Positions 46,795 through 56,746 of a stretch of 64,000 nt of DNA are shown in pieces. Below the pieces are notes generated by a model. The model was not told the origin of the DNA, did not search any database, and saw only the letters and a program-made list of their open reading frames with translations. The position numbers and the translations under genes are program-made. Numbering within the stretch: the stretch's first letter is position 1; every line of letters begins with the position of its first letter. This DNA comes from Clostridia bacterium (GTDB taxonomy: Bacteria > Bacillota > Clostridia > CAKSNL01 > HGM11501): NCBI GenBank assembly GCA_045545475.1, contig JAZQAZ010000040.1, positions 9,136 to 73,135 on the forward strand, in the 5' to 3' direction.

Positions 46795-48663
46795 TTACCT
46801 TTTCACTTCGCCGAAATATTCAAGCAGCATTTCCATCATCCTTGAGCTTCCGCTTCCGTTTGGTTGCCAGGGGCAATATCTTGGATTTATGGAACAATAT
46901 CTTTCAGAAACCACCATTTCGCTTGTCATGCCGTAATGCATCATGGCAGAAAGGGTATGAAAAGCCTTTTCCAGCTCTCCCGATGCCACCCACGCCTTAA
47001 GCCAGTAGGTTTCACTCTGCATTGTGTACCACACATCGCCATAACCGCCGAAATATGCCTCGTCCCACATGCTTTCACAGCTTGTCATTCTTCCCGTAAG
47101 GCCTTTTTCAAACTGTCCGCGTTTTATAAAATAATTTTCCATCTGCTTCATCATCTTGCTTCCCGGCTCGATAAAACCGGTATAAAGCAAAAAGGGTGCT
47201 CCGTCGGTATAATAGCTGTAGGTATGACTGTCGCAAAAATCTATTCCAAGCTCGTGAGGAAAAATATATTCCTCATCATCTTCATGCCCTTTCCAAAGAG
47301 AATCCCTTATATCAAATACAGCCTTTTTATAGCTTTCATATATAGCCTTGGTTTTTCCGTATTCTTCATGACCGAACGCCCCGAGTGCCTCAACCATAAA
47401 AGCTAACGCCTTTACGTTATAGCTGTCTGTAAATGTCCAAAACTGTGCCACGTCATTCCAGTCGCTTCCCTTTCCCGGAGGAAAGATTCCATTATATCCG
47501 CCACTTCTTTCTGACGTTCTCTTTTTCTCAATCCAATCCCTCATTGAAATAAGATGAGGAATAAAATAGTTAAGTTCACTTTTATTCTTTGTTGCAATAA
47601 GATGGGAACTTATCGCCCATATAACAGCACCGGTAAAGTTTTCCCAGCCTGCCGTGCTTCCTATTTTCCCTTTATCATGGCCTTCCTTTATAAGCCAGCG
47701 TTCACAATAATATCTGCAGGCTTCAAAGGTGTAGTCGGAAAGGCCTACCCTGTCAAGCATAGAAATCACCTGTGCCCCCTCATAGGGCCACACAAATCTT
47801 CCTACATCTCCCTGACGTACCGTAACAAGGTCGCTCCCCTCGTAATGTGCCAGCATCTGCATTAGCTGAGCTGCCATATGGTAAAATACATCAAGATATA
47901 TTCCTTCTGCATCGGGCGTAGTTTTTATTTTTCTTTTAATACCTTCCCAAAAGGAAACTGCTTTTTCCCTTTCATCATCATAAGAAAAGTTCCCGATTTC
48001 GCCATTTTCGCAAATAGCACCCGTATAGCTTATGCTCTCTCCCGGCATAAGGAAATAGTCAAGTTTAAAATAGTCTGAAGGATAAAAGCTATACCCTTCT
48101 GTCTCACCGGTAACCCAAGACACATCCCCATTAATTTTAATCGTCGAAGTTCCGCTTTTTGCTTCGCCGCATCCTGTTTCACACCATGTCCTTTTAATCA
48201 AAAACCAGTTTTTATAGTTGGGTTCGTACGGAGAATAGCCCTCCTGATGCTGATTAAGCATATACTTTTCGTTTCCCGAACGCACCATTATTCCGATGGA
48301 ATTTTCCACCCTGTTTTCCGTATTATTTGAAAGTGTAATCCTGAAATACACTTTCGGGTTTCTGCCTTCTCCTGTGAAAGCCTCAAACTTCACGGTACAT
48401 TCCGCTTCATTTGTCATCTCATAAATCGGAACTCCCGGCGTGGGAGGTAAAAATACCGTTTTATCCATTAAAAAACCTTCCATTTTTTCTCCGTGAAGCA
48501 GAATAATACCTATTCCGGGCTGCCCCACATGAGTTCCGTCATCAAGAAGTGACGAATTTAAAATTTTCATGTCGGGACACATCATTATAAGCCTCTCCGA
48601 AAGAGGACGCTGAAGGTATATTTTGTTGGTAAGTGGCCTTTGCCACATCAGTTTTTCACCCAT
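46795..48663 (-). CDS. Putative six-hairpin glycoside hydrolase-like protein
   Basis: FVWPYEG near the start of a helical domain; C-terminal VSER...PW; family not resolved. Confidence 0.45.
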   Translation of the reverse strand: MGEKLMWQRPLTNKIYLQRPLSERLIMMCPDMKILNSSLLDDGTHVGQPGIGIILLHGEKMEGFLMDKTVFLPPTPGVPIYEMTNEAECTVKFEAFTGEGRNPKVYFRITLSNNTENRVENSIGIMVRSGNEKYMLNQHQEGYSPYEPNYKNWFLIKRTWCETGCGEAKSGTSTIKINGDVSWVTGETEGYSFYPSDYFKLDYFLMPGESISYTGAICENGEIGNFSYDDEREKAVSFWEGIKRKIKTTPDAEGIYLDVFYHMAAQLMQMLAHYEGSDLVTVRQGDVGRFVWPYEGAQVISMLDRVGLSDYTFEACRYYCERWLIKEGHDKGKIGSTAGWENFTGAVIWAISSHLIATKNKSELNYFIPHLISMRDWIEKKRTSERSGGYNGIFPPGKGSDWNDVAQFWTFTDSYNVKALAFMVEALGAFGHEEYGKTKAIYESYKKAVFDIRDSLWKGHEDDEEYIFPHELGIDFCDSHTYSYYTDGAPFLLYTGFIEPGSKMMKQMENYFIKRGQFEKGLTGRMTSCESMWDEAYFGGYGDVWYTMQSETYWLKAWVASGELEKAFHTLSAMMHYGMTSEMVVSERYCSINPRYCPWQPNGSGSSRMMEMLLEYFGEVKR

Positions 48664-48666
48664 ATT

Positions 48667-49761
48667 TTATTCTGCTCCGTTAAAATAGTCATACGCCATA
48701 CCCGAAATTTTCTGTATGGTGTTTGCCCCATAAGTCACATTTCCGTTTCCAAGCACGCAGATTATATAATCGCCGCCCGGAGAGAAGACAATGGCTATAT
48801 CGGAGTTCGCCGTATTTGTTTCTCCGGTTTTATTGGCAACCACAGTTCCCTCAGGAAGTCCTGCAGGAATTTTCCAACGTCTGGTCTGGTCAAGAAGTAA
48901 AGAAAGCATTTCTTCCGATGCACTTTCCGACACAAGTTCCTTTTTGTATATTGCTTTAAGTATTCTGCCGCAGTCCCTGGGTGATGTATAATTGTTATGG
49001 CGATAAGTCCCTCTTCTTCCTGATGCGTCCACAAGATAGGATCCTCGCTCGGTATTTTCGCAACCCAGCTCCTTTGCTATTTCGTTTTCTCTGTCAAAAC
49101 CCAAGCCTTCATTTCCATCTCCGTTTTTAATGGTGAGATAATTGCAGGCATCGTTACTGCTCTCTGTTATCATAATACGAAGGCGATAATCTATATCTGA
49201 ATTCTTTTCAATATTACCCTTTTCAATTTCGCTGTAGGTTGCCGCCATTGTATAAACTTTAACCAGGCTTGCGGCCGAATAGCGGGCTTCGTTTATTAAA
49301 AGATATTCATTATTTGATAAATCCTGAATAAACACACCCCAGGATCCGTTTTGAGTTTTTATATAGTCTTCAATTTCAGTTTTTAATTCCGCAAGTCCTT
49401 CATGGTCAGGCGGAGTGGCATACCAGCCGTCAGATAAATAGTCTTCGTATTTGCTTTCCACCACCATCATAACTTCTGCCGTGTCTGAATATACCGTCTT
49501 AAAAGGCTCCTTTGCCCACTCCTCGGAATCGTATCCCTCAAAGCTTTCCTCTGTAATAAGAAGTGAACCTCCATCCTTGTTATATATCCTTACAACAGGC
49601 ACCTCATACCATCCGTCTTCTATATAGACGGAAGCTTCCTTTGCCTTTATTTCTTTCACTTCATTCTCTCGATAAACCGTAATCCTACGCTCTCTGGTGT
49701 AAATAACCGCCGCAGAAAAAATAAGCACTATCAACAGCAAAATACATAGCAGTTTTTTCAT
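48667..49761 (-). CDS. Class A beta-lactamase-like serine hydrolase with N-terminal anchor
   Basis: AASLVK (SxxK), SSN, NKTG. Confidence 0.8.
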   Translation of the reverse strand: MKKLLCILLLIVLIFSAAVIYTRERRITVYRENEVKEIKAKEASVYIEDGWYEVPVVRIYNKDGGSLLITEESFEGYDSEEWAKEPFKTVYSDTAEVMMVVESKYEDYLSDGWYATPPDHEGLAELKTEIEDYIKTQNGSWGVFIQDLSNNEYLLINEARYSAASLVKVYTMAATYSEIEKGNIEKNSDIDYRLRIMITESSNDACNYLTIKNGDGNEGLGFDRENEIAKELGCENTERGSYLVDASGRRGTYRHNNYTSPRDCGRILKAIYKKELVSESASEEMLSLLLDQTRRWKIPAGLPEGTVVANKTGETNTANSDIAIVFSPGGDYIICVLGNGNVTYGANTIQKISGMAYDYFNGAE

Positions 49762-49865
49762 GTTATCACCTTTTATCCGTCATTTTTCGATAGTTCAATT
49801 TTATCACATCGCTTTAAAAAAATCAATCAGTTTAATCAAAAAATCACATTCTTGGACGATTTAAT

Positions 49866-50328
49866 AAAACGCCTATAACAAGTTCAAATCTCTCATAAAA
49901 ATTAAAAAGGAAAAGTCATTCTAAAGAACAACTTTTCTTTTTTGGCGGAGTAGGAGAGATTTGAAACGTAAACGTCCACTCAAAAACATATAAGCCTGTA
50001 GCGTTCGCAAGCTCACTTTCAGGCTTCTTGTTTTCTCCCTTTTCGCGTTCCCTTCATCCGCCACCGGCGGCGGTCACGCTCAAACCCCCGCCGGTACCCG
50101 TCGCTCGAGTTCAAATCTTATGCATATAAAACAAAAAAGCACATCCTTTCGGATATGCTTTTTTGTTGGCGGAGTAGGAGAGATTTGAGGCGCAAAGCTT
50201 CGCTTTGTCAGCCCTTCGGCGTTTTAGCAAAACGCCTATGACAAGTTCAAATCTCTCGTAAAAATTAAAAAGGAAAAGTCATCCTAAAGAACAACTTTTC
50301 CTTTTTGGCGGAGTAGGAGAGATTTGAA
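49866..50328 (-). repeat. tRNA-Ser 3'-end-linked repeats
   Basis: TGGCGGAGTAGGAGAGATTTGA at 49943, 50167 and 50306; ~100-bp direct repeat 49866..49965 / 50229..50328. Confidence 0.85.
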
Positions 50329-50397
50329 CTCTCGCGCCGGTTTCCCGACCTACGCCCTTAGCAGGGGCGCCTCTTCGGCCAACTTGAGTACTACTCC
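50306..50397 (-). tRNA. tRNA-Ser (GCU)
   Basis: Loop CTGCTAA, long variable arm, GCCA end. Confidence 0.96.
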
Positions 50398-50452
50398 AAG
50401 ATATAGCCGCAGCTTTCTGCACACTTATTAAATTGTCGCCTGAATAAAAAAA

Positions 50453-50541
50453 TGGCGGAGAGGGTGGGATTCGAACCCACGCGCCCTTTCGGACAAACGG
50501 TTTTCAAGACCGCCTCGTTATGACCACTTCGATACCCCTCC
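50453..50541 (-). tRNA. tRNA-Ser (UGA)
   Basis: Loop CTTGAAA, long variable arm, GCCA end. Confidence 0.96.
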
Positions 50542-50556
50542 GCAGTCACAAAAGGT

Positions 50557-50647
50557 ATTATAACATCTTTTCATTTGTTTGTCAACTGTTTTTTTACAGA
50601 AAATCCTGAAAAAAACTCTTGACATCCGCCCCATTTTTTGCTATAAT
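50557..50647. promoter_or_regulatory. Divergent sigma-A promoters for tRNA genes
   Basis: Minus TTGACA-17-TATAAT (50585..50557); plus TTGACA-17-TATAAT (50619..50647). Confidence 0.85.
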
Positions 50648-50665
50648 AGCTTTTGCATGAGATTT

Positions 50666-50742
50666 GGACCATTAGCTCAGTTGGTTAGAGCAACCGGCTC
50701 ATAACCGGTCGGTCCGGGGTTCGAGTCCCTGATGGTCCACCA
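50666..50742 (+). tRNA. tRNA with CAU anticodon, probably tRNA-Ile2
   Basis: GGACCATTAGCTCAGTTGGTTAGAGC...CTCATAA...CCA; body resembles Firmicute Ile2, not initiator. Confidence 0.9.
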
Positions 50743-50881
50743 AATAAAAAGCGTATCCGAAAGGATATGCTCTTTTGCTTTTCTTACAGATTTTCTACAG
50801 TCCAATCAGCGTCGCTCACCTTCGCTTCTTGGTCAGGGACTTTCGCCCGTAAAATCATACCCAATGTTTTTACAGCCTCAA

Positions 50882-50935
50882 CTGATGGTCCACCAAATAA
50901 AAAAAGACACCTTCGGCGGGTGTCTTTTTTATTTT
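50882..50935 (+). repeat. Duplicated tRNA-Ile2 3' end plus second terminator
   Basis: CTGATGGTCCACCAAATAAAAA at 50729 and 50882. Confidence 0.8.
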
Positions 50936-50939
50936 TACA

Positions 50940-53354
50940 TTAAAGGGGTTTTGTAATTGTAATCGTCTGAGTTGCACCATCCCATGCTACATCATAGCCA
51001 AGATGCTCAGATATGAATCTTAACGGAATAAAGGTTCTGGAATTTACTATTCTGGGCGCAACGGTCATCGAATAACGTCTGCCACCGATATCCACAACCT
51101 CATGCTCTACCTGCATAGTCATGGTTTCATTACCTTTCTTATTTACGGTAATCTGATCTATCGTTCCGTCCCATGTAATTTCCGCACCCATCTCTTCAAG
51201 GAGTCCGCGAAGAGGGATCATAGTCGTTCCTCCTACGATAAATGGCTCAACGTCAAGGGCAATATCCTTCACTTCTTTACCGTGAGTTACATTTATTACA
51301 TTACTTCCGATTTTCAAAACATAAATTTCACGATTGTTTTCGAAGTATTCCTCCTGATCTTCCTTGAACTGATAGAAGGCAAGTTCCTGACAAGCTGCAT
51401 GTCCTCCTCTGCCGTTCAACACCTCAAAGCGGAAATAACGTGCCGTAACAGGTTCATCAAAGCGGATTGTTACTGTATCAAAGCTTGCAGGATCTAATCT
51501 TCTTCCTTCAATAACAGGAGTATAATTTTCTCCGTCAACGGATGAAAGGAGATTAAACTCAACCCAGTGACCTGATGTGTCCTTAGCTCTTGGGGTATAG
51601 GCAAATGCCGCAACCCTTGCAACGCCGTTTAAGTCAACATCAAGTGTAACGGGCATAGGTGTTCCGGGCTTATAGTGCCACATCTTATCGCCGGAAGGAG
51701 AAGCGTCAAATACGTTCTGTCCTACAAAATCATCGCCCCATACGGAATCGCTCCACGCACGAAGGAAGGTTTTATCCATTTCGTAAAGCTTCATGGATTC
51801 CTGATTTTTAACATATTCTTCCAAGGACATTTCCTTGTATCCCTCTGTAGGAGGACGAACATCTATTTCCGCAATTACGCCATAGTTGTTAAGACCTTCT
51901 GTTACAACTATCTTAAGTCTCTTAACCATTATATTTGCAGCAAGCTCCATGGTCTTTACATTCTTATCCTTTGCCAAAGTGTATTCCCCAAGCTGTAAAA
52001 ATTCTCCTTCATCGGAATCCGATGCGTAAATTACCATCTTGCTTACGATACCGGAATCAGAAGTTCCTGTAGTTCTGGGAGTGTAAATAAAACCGGAGAT
52101 ATCGGTAAGTGCAGGAAGAGTTATATAAATTTCAAAGGGAGGAAGTGTCTTGGGATCTGTTATGGGAGAGTGCCAGAAGGTTGCAATATCGCCGTCAATC
52201 ATATTCCCGGCAGTGCCTTGGGCGTGAGAAGCCTCAACTTTCCAGCCTTCCTTCGCTCCCTTACCGGAAGCAGCTCCTGTCGCCTCTTCCTTCTTTTCTT
52301 CTTCCTTCTTAGGCTCTTCTGTAACTTCTACCTTTTCGCCTGTTACCTTGTCCTTTGAAAGAACATCAATCTCAGCAATTACGCAATAGTTTCTTACACT
52401 CTTGGTAACGGTAATTTTTATCTTCTTTGCCTTAAATGCTTCGCCGAAAGGAATTTCTGTGGGATCAAAGCTCTTGTCTATGCTGAAAGTCTTAACCTTT
52501 TTCCACGCACCGTTATCTGTTTCTGCGATATAGATATCACCGCCCATAACGATTCCGGCATCGGAATTTTTGTTCTGTCTGGGGGTATATAATATACCGC
52601 CGATTTCAGTTACATTAGGCATTGTAATTTCAATGTCATAAGGAAGTGCAGGGATGGGCTGTTCTGTAGGAGAATGCCAGAAGGTATCGGCACTTCCGTC
52701 AAGGATTTTCGCAACTCCCTCTGTATTATATCTTGCAGATGCCGACGCATTTGTGATTTCAATCTGCCAGCCTGCTTTTTCTCCACCAGATATTATATAA
52801 GGATTTGAATCAGGCATGGAAGCCGTTTCTTCCTTTTCGGGAGCAGATGCCTCAGCATCTGTAAGAAGGTCAATTTCAGATACTACGCAGTAGTTTCTTA
52901 TTGCTCTTACAACAGAAAGCTTTACTTTTTTAGCTTTTACGGCTTCCCTAAACACAACCTCAGAAGGATCAAAGCTTTTTTGAATGTCAAAGGTACCAAT
53001 CATAGTCCAGTTGTCTGAATCGTCATTAGTATAGTAAGCCTCAAATCTTGTCCATATACCTGCATCGGAGTTGCCTGTCGATCTGGGAGTATATCTTACT
53101 CCGTTAATTTCTGTAACCGAAGGAAGAGTTATTACTATATCATAGGGAAGCGGAGGAAGATTCTCCACTATCGGAGAATGAAAGAAGTTGTTTGTCTTAC
53201 CGTCAATCATAACTTCCGCTTTTTCATAGCTCTCGCCTGTTGCCTGGTTTGTTATTTCAATTTTCCAGTTTTCTTTTCCTGATAAATCTGCAGCGGAAAC
53301 CGCTATGCAGGGAATCATCATTAAACAGAGTAATAATGCAATTATCTTTTTCAT
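50940..53354 (-). CDS. Secreted protein with four discoidin (F5/8 type C, CBM32-like) domains and a C-terminal copper-amine-oxidase N-type domain
   Basis: Signal peptide; four repeats DG...WHS...YTPR; C-terminal TMIPLRGLLE and RTFIPLRFISE. Confidence 0.8.
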   Translation of the reverse strand: MKKIIALLLCLMMIPCIAVSAADLSGKENWKIEITNQATGESYEKAEVMIDGKTNNFFHSPIVENLPPLPYDIVITLPSVTEINGVRYTPRSTGNSDAGIWTRFEAYYTNDDSDNWTMIGTFDIQKSFDPSEVVFREAVKAKKVKLSVVRAIRNYCVVSEIDLLTDAEASAPEKEETASMPDSNPYIISGGEKAGWQIEITNASASARYNTEGVAKILDGSADTFWHSPTEQPIPALPYDIEITMPNVTEIGGILYTPRQNKNSDAGIVMGGDIYIAETDNGAWKKVKTFSIDKSFDPTEIPFGEAFKAKKIKITVTKSVRNYCVIAEIDVLSKDKVTGEKVEVTEEPKKEEEKKEEATGAASGKGAKEGWKVEASHAQGTAGNMIDGDIATFWHSPITDPKTLPPFEIYITLPALTDISGFIYTPRTTGTSDSGIVSKMVIYASDSDEGEFLQLGEYTLAKDKNVKTMELAANIMVKRLKIVVTEGLNNYGVIAEIDVRPPTEGYKEMSLEEYVKNQESMKLYEMDKTFLRAWSDSVWGDDFVGQNVFDASPSGDKMWHYKPGTPMPVTLDVDLNGVARVAAFAYTPRAKDTSGHWVEFNLLSSVDGENYTPVIEGRRLDPASFDTVTIRFDEPVTARYFRFEVLNGRGGHAACQELAFYQFKEDQEEYFENNREIYVLKIGSNVINVTHGKEVKDIALDVEPFIVGGTTMIPLRGLLEEMGAEITWDGTIDQITVNKKGNETMTMQVEHEVVDIGGRRYSMTVAPRIVNSRTFIPLRFISEHLGYDVAWDGATQTITITKPL

Positions 53355-53367
53355 CGTTTCCGCCTCC

Positions 53368-56049
53368 TTACAGTATGTTTGCAGCCGAAGTTACTGCATT
53401 CGCATCAACGCTTACTCCTGCTTCTGCTACGGTATAAGCGTTTCCGTCGAAGTTTACGGTATAGCCAAAGCAATCGGAAAGGTATGTGAGTGGCACGTAA
53501 ACCACGCCGTTTTCAGCCAGTATGGGATTAGTAAGTCTTGCAGCACTTCCGTTAATCTTTACATCGTATGAACCAAGTGTTGTATATGTCCACTTGTAGT
53601 TTTCAATTTCTCCTTCTGCTCCATAGGTGTAATTCTTAACCTTGAGCATTCCTCTTTCATAGTCCCATATTGTCTTTGTTCTTCCGTAGCCCATAATGTC
53701 ATTTAAGGCAATTTCCGGAACATAAAGCGTTCCGTTACGCTCAATTGTTGTAATTCTTACATCAGGCTCGTAAACGCCCATCTTGGCACCGGATACAACC
53801 ATCTTATTGCTTCCTGCCTTAAATACGCTTACTCCCTTTAATGCTGCCCTTGTTTCTGCATAAAGAGACTTTTGCTGAATTTCTGTAAAGAGATAGTTAA
53901 AGCGTCCCATAGGAGCAACACTGCCGTCTGTATACCAAAGAAGTATGTCCCCGTTTTCTCTTACTCCGTCAACCCATTTAAATTCAAGGTCAACAATACT
54001 TGTTTCAGAAAGAGTAGTTCTTGAAAGTGCAAGAGTCATATATGCACCGGAAATGTGAGTGTATACATCAGAAATGTCTGTTACAGTTCCGTCAGCGGCA
54101 AATGCTTTAAGCTTTCCGCCATCCACAATGTAGTCATAACCCTTCCAGCCTGTTGCCGCATTTCTGTCAATGTTTATGTAAAGTCGTAAAAAGTCATTAT
54201 GCTTTTCGATATTTTCTCTGGTCTTTACCATAAAGTAAAGATTTTCTGCATCGAATGTAACCTTCGCACTTTCGATGGAGTTGATTACGGTTGTTGTATA
54301 GTGGAAATGCTGGTATCCGTCTGCATCACGTTCATAAGAATCGTCATCGTTCAAGAAGATAGGTCCAACCTCTGCCCACTGAGCTACATCTCCTGCAACA
54401 TCAATAGTCTTAGTGCCTGTTGCAACAGGAGCCTTTCTCACACCCTCATGCTTTCTTACAAAGTCAACAAGCATATTATAGTGACCGTCTCCCATAGCAC
54501 CACGGGAAGGTTCAAAGTCACGGCTTGATTCATCGTCGAATGTATCAACGAATGCATTTACAAAGCCATTATAAAGCTTCTGACGACCGGTCACCCATTC
54601 GTTCCATCCGTCAAGAAGTACGATTTTCGGGTTATGCTCCAATGCCCAGCCCGCTTCTTCACGGAAGAAGTACATCTGCCAAGCCGCCTCGGGACGCAAA
54701 TCGTCACCAAAGCCTTCAGAATATGCTTTACCCTTTGAATAAGGATCAGAAAATACGCCTGCACCCTTCGCATTAGGCTTTACATAGGATTCGTTCTTGC
54801 CCATACCAACGGACATTGCCTCAACGCTTCCGTCCTCTGCATATGCAATGTGCTGGGGGAAGGTGTCAAGCCATGTCCAGGCTCCTTCACCCTCTCCCAC
54901 AGGAATAAAGGTGAAGAAATCGCTGATTTCTTCCATCATTTTAACTTCCTCGGGATCTTCGGGATTTAAGCAGAGAGGATCATAGTTCTCAGGCAGATTG
55001 CTTCCGAAAAGGAGGGGCTTTCCGTTCCAGTTAAACCAGAGGTCGGAATATTTACCGTCCTTAAAATAGTTAAGGTAAAGCATCTTGAGCTGATTACGTC
55101 TGTAGTCAACATTCGGGCTCCAGGAATCGAAATAGCAGATTTTAGGAGCATTTACACCTGACTCCCTTGCATCGTGGAACGCCTCGTAAATTGTGGCAAG
55201 AGCGTTTGCAAAGCAGTTGTCATTATTTGTAAAGTCAAAGAATATTACGTCAACACCCGCATTTTTAAGCATAACGGCATGTTTTCTGTATACCCAATAA
55301 TCTGTGCTTGAGTAAAAGCCTAAGAGAGGCTCGGACCAAAAGGACTTTTTGCTTGCCCATGCCGGATGGTCATAGTCATCCTTTGCTTCGGGATATTCCT
55401 TTATTATCTCAGAAGGAATCTGAACACCAAGCTGATCCGCCTGTGTATGCCATATCCAATAAAATATTCCGGAATATTTTTCTCCCTTTACATCGCCTGC
55501 TTCTTCATAATCGGCAATTGCTCTGCCGTAATCGTCAACAGCCACCCATGTATCGTGGTATGTATCAATTATTGTGCTTTCTGGGATGGGCTCATAAGGC
55601 TTACTTTCAACAACTTCGGAAGAAAATACCACAGAAGTAACTGTAGCATAATCGTGATGAGAGTAGTTGGAAAGAAAATATACATCATGTACGCCTTCTG
55701 TCGCCTCTATCGCTCCCTTAAATTCAGTGGCACCGCCCTTATTAATATGCACATAACCGATTGTCTTTCCCGTGGGAGAATCAAGACGAACGGATATGGT
55801 GTCGCCATTGTTTCCGTTCTTATCAGTGTATGTACCTTTGAGAATTACGGAATTAATTCCGGTGAGATCCACACCTTCAAATCCGATGTAGCCACCGTAA
55901 TGCCATTTCTTTATGACATCGTTTGTCACCTCAACATTAGCTTCCGACTTTGCTGCAACATCTTTGGGCTTATATTCTTTGTCTGCCGCAAATACTGCTG
56001 TGGGAAGAATCATGATGAGTGCCAGAATGAGTGCAAGTATTTTTTTCAT
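53368..56049 (-). CDS. Secreted CBM6-like + GH99-like glycoside hydrolase + copper-amine-oxidase N-type domain
   Basis: VRLDSPTG..IG, GVHDVYF; FYWIWH, EPLLGFY, GWNEW, RDFEP; VYVPLTYL. Confidence 0.65.
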   Translation of the reverse strand: MKKILALILALIMILPTAVFAADKEYKPKDVAAKSEANVEVTNDVIKKWHYGGYIGFEGVDLTGINSVILKGTYTDKNGNNGDTISVRLDSPTGKTIGYVHINKGGATEFKGAIEATEGVHDVYFLSNYSHHDYATVTSVVFSSEVVESKPYEPIPESTIIDTYHDTWVAVDDYGRAIADYEEAGDVKGEKYSGIFYWIWHTQADQLGVQIPSEIIKEYPEAKDDYDHPAWASKKSFWSEPLLGFYSSTDYWVYRKHAVMLKNAGVDVIFFDFTNNDNCFANALATIYEAFHDARESGVNAPKICYFDSWSPNVDYRRNQLKMLYLNYFKDGKYSDLWFNWNGKPLLFGSNLPENYDPLCLNPEDPEEVKMMEEISDFFTFIPVGEGEGAWTWLDTFPQHIAYAEDGSVEAMSVGMGKNESYVKPNAKGAGVFSDPYSKGKAYSEGFGDDLRPEAAWQMYFFREEAGWALEHNPKIVLLDGWNEWVTGRQKLYNGFVNAFVDTFDDESSRDFEPSRGAMGDGHYNMLVDFVRKHEGVRKAPVATGTKTIDVAGDVAQWAEVGPIFLNDDDSYERDADGYQHFHYTTTVINSIESAKVTFDAENLYFMVKTRENIEKHNDFLRLYINIDRNAATGWKGYDYIVDGGKLKAFAADGTVTDISDVYTHISGAYMTLALSRTTLSETSIVDLEFKWVDGVRENGDILLWYTDGSVAPMGRFNYLFTEIQQKSLYAETRAALKGVSVFKAGSNKMVVSGAKMGVYEPDVRITTIERNGTLYVPEIALNDIMGYGRTKTIWDYERGMLKVKNYTYGAEGEIENYKWTYTTLGSYDVKINGSAARLTNPILAENGVVYVPLTYLSDCFGYTVNFDGNAYTVAEAGVSVDANAVTSAANIL

Positions 56050-56370
56050 ATTTTTACCCTTCCTTTCATTGTGCTTAATTTTATAATACTATATTTTTAT
56101 TAAAAAAACAATGTCTTTAAAGATATTTTCATTTATGATTTCAGACACTTTTTAAACATTGCCCTTATTTTTAATTATATCATACAAAAAGCCCTAATTC
56201 CTTAATTTTTTTGTCATCATAACGCAATTTCTTAGTTTTTTTATCTTTTTCCAATATTATATTACCATACATTCCCTATTTACACAAGATGCTGTATTTT
56301 TCAAATTTGGTATTATTTTTCACAAAAAAACACGCTTTGATTTTCAAAGCGTGTTTCTCATTCATTAGCA

Positions 56371-56688
56371 TCAGACCTTACCAAATTCGTTTACATCAAG
56401 AACGAAATATGTTGCACCGCCGACCTTAACTTCTTCAGCAAGGCTTCCGTTGTTAAGTCCTCTTCCAAGCTGAGGTGTCTTCTGTGTTCTTGTGGAGCAG
56501 TACTGGGACAAAAGCTCCTTTATCTTATCCACCTTGTCATCATCTGTACCGATCATAAGTGTACGGTTCCCCGCCATAAGAAAACCACCTGTGGTTGATA
56601 ATGTGGTTACGAAAAAGCCCTCATTCGTCAGTGCTGATGTCACAATGGCACTGTCATCGTTATTTACAACTGCCAATACGAGTTTCAT
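56371..56688 (-). CDS. darA: Cyclic di-AMP receptor (PII-like DarA/PstA)
   Basis: MKLVLAVVNNDD, LSTTGGFLMAGN, VGGATYFVLDV. Confidence 0.9.
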   Translation of the reverse strand: MKLVLAVVNNDDSAIVTSALTNEGFFVTTLSTTGGFLMAGNRTLMIGTDDDKVDKIKELLSQYCSTRTQKTPQLGRGLNNGSLAEEVKVGGATYFVLDVNEFGKV

Positions 56689-56746
56689 TTAATCATTTCT
56701 CCTTTATTAATTAGTGATTCAGATTTATAAAATGACTTTCGTAATT

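Noticed and set aside
48667-49761. Antibiotic-resistance beta-lactamase
   Set aside because: SxxK/SxN/KTG motifs are present, but the architecture fits widespread clostridial serine hydrolases; resistance cannot be inferred.
49943-50188. Additional tRNA-Ser genes
   Set aside because: Only the 3'-terminal 22-23 nt are present; no D or anticodon arms.
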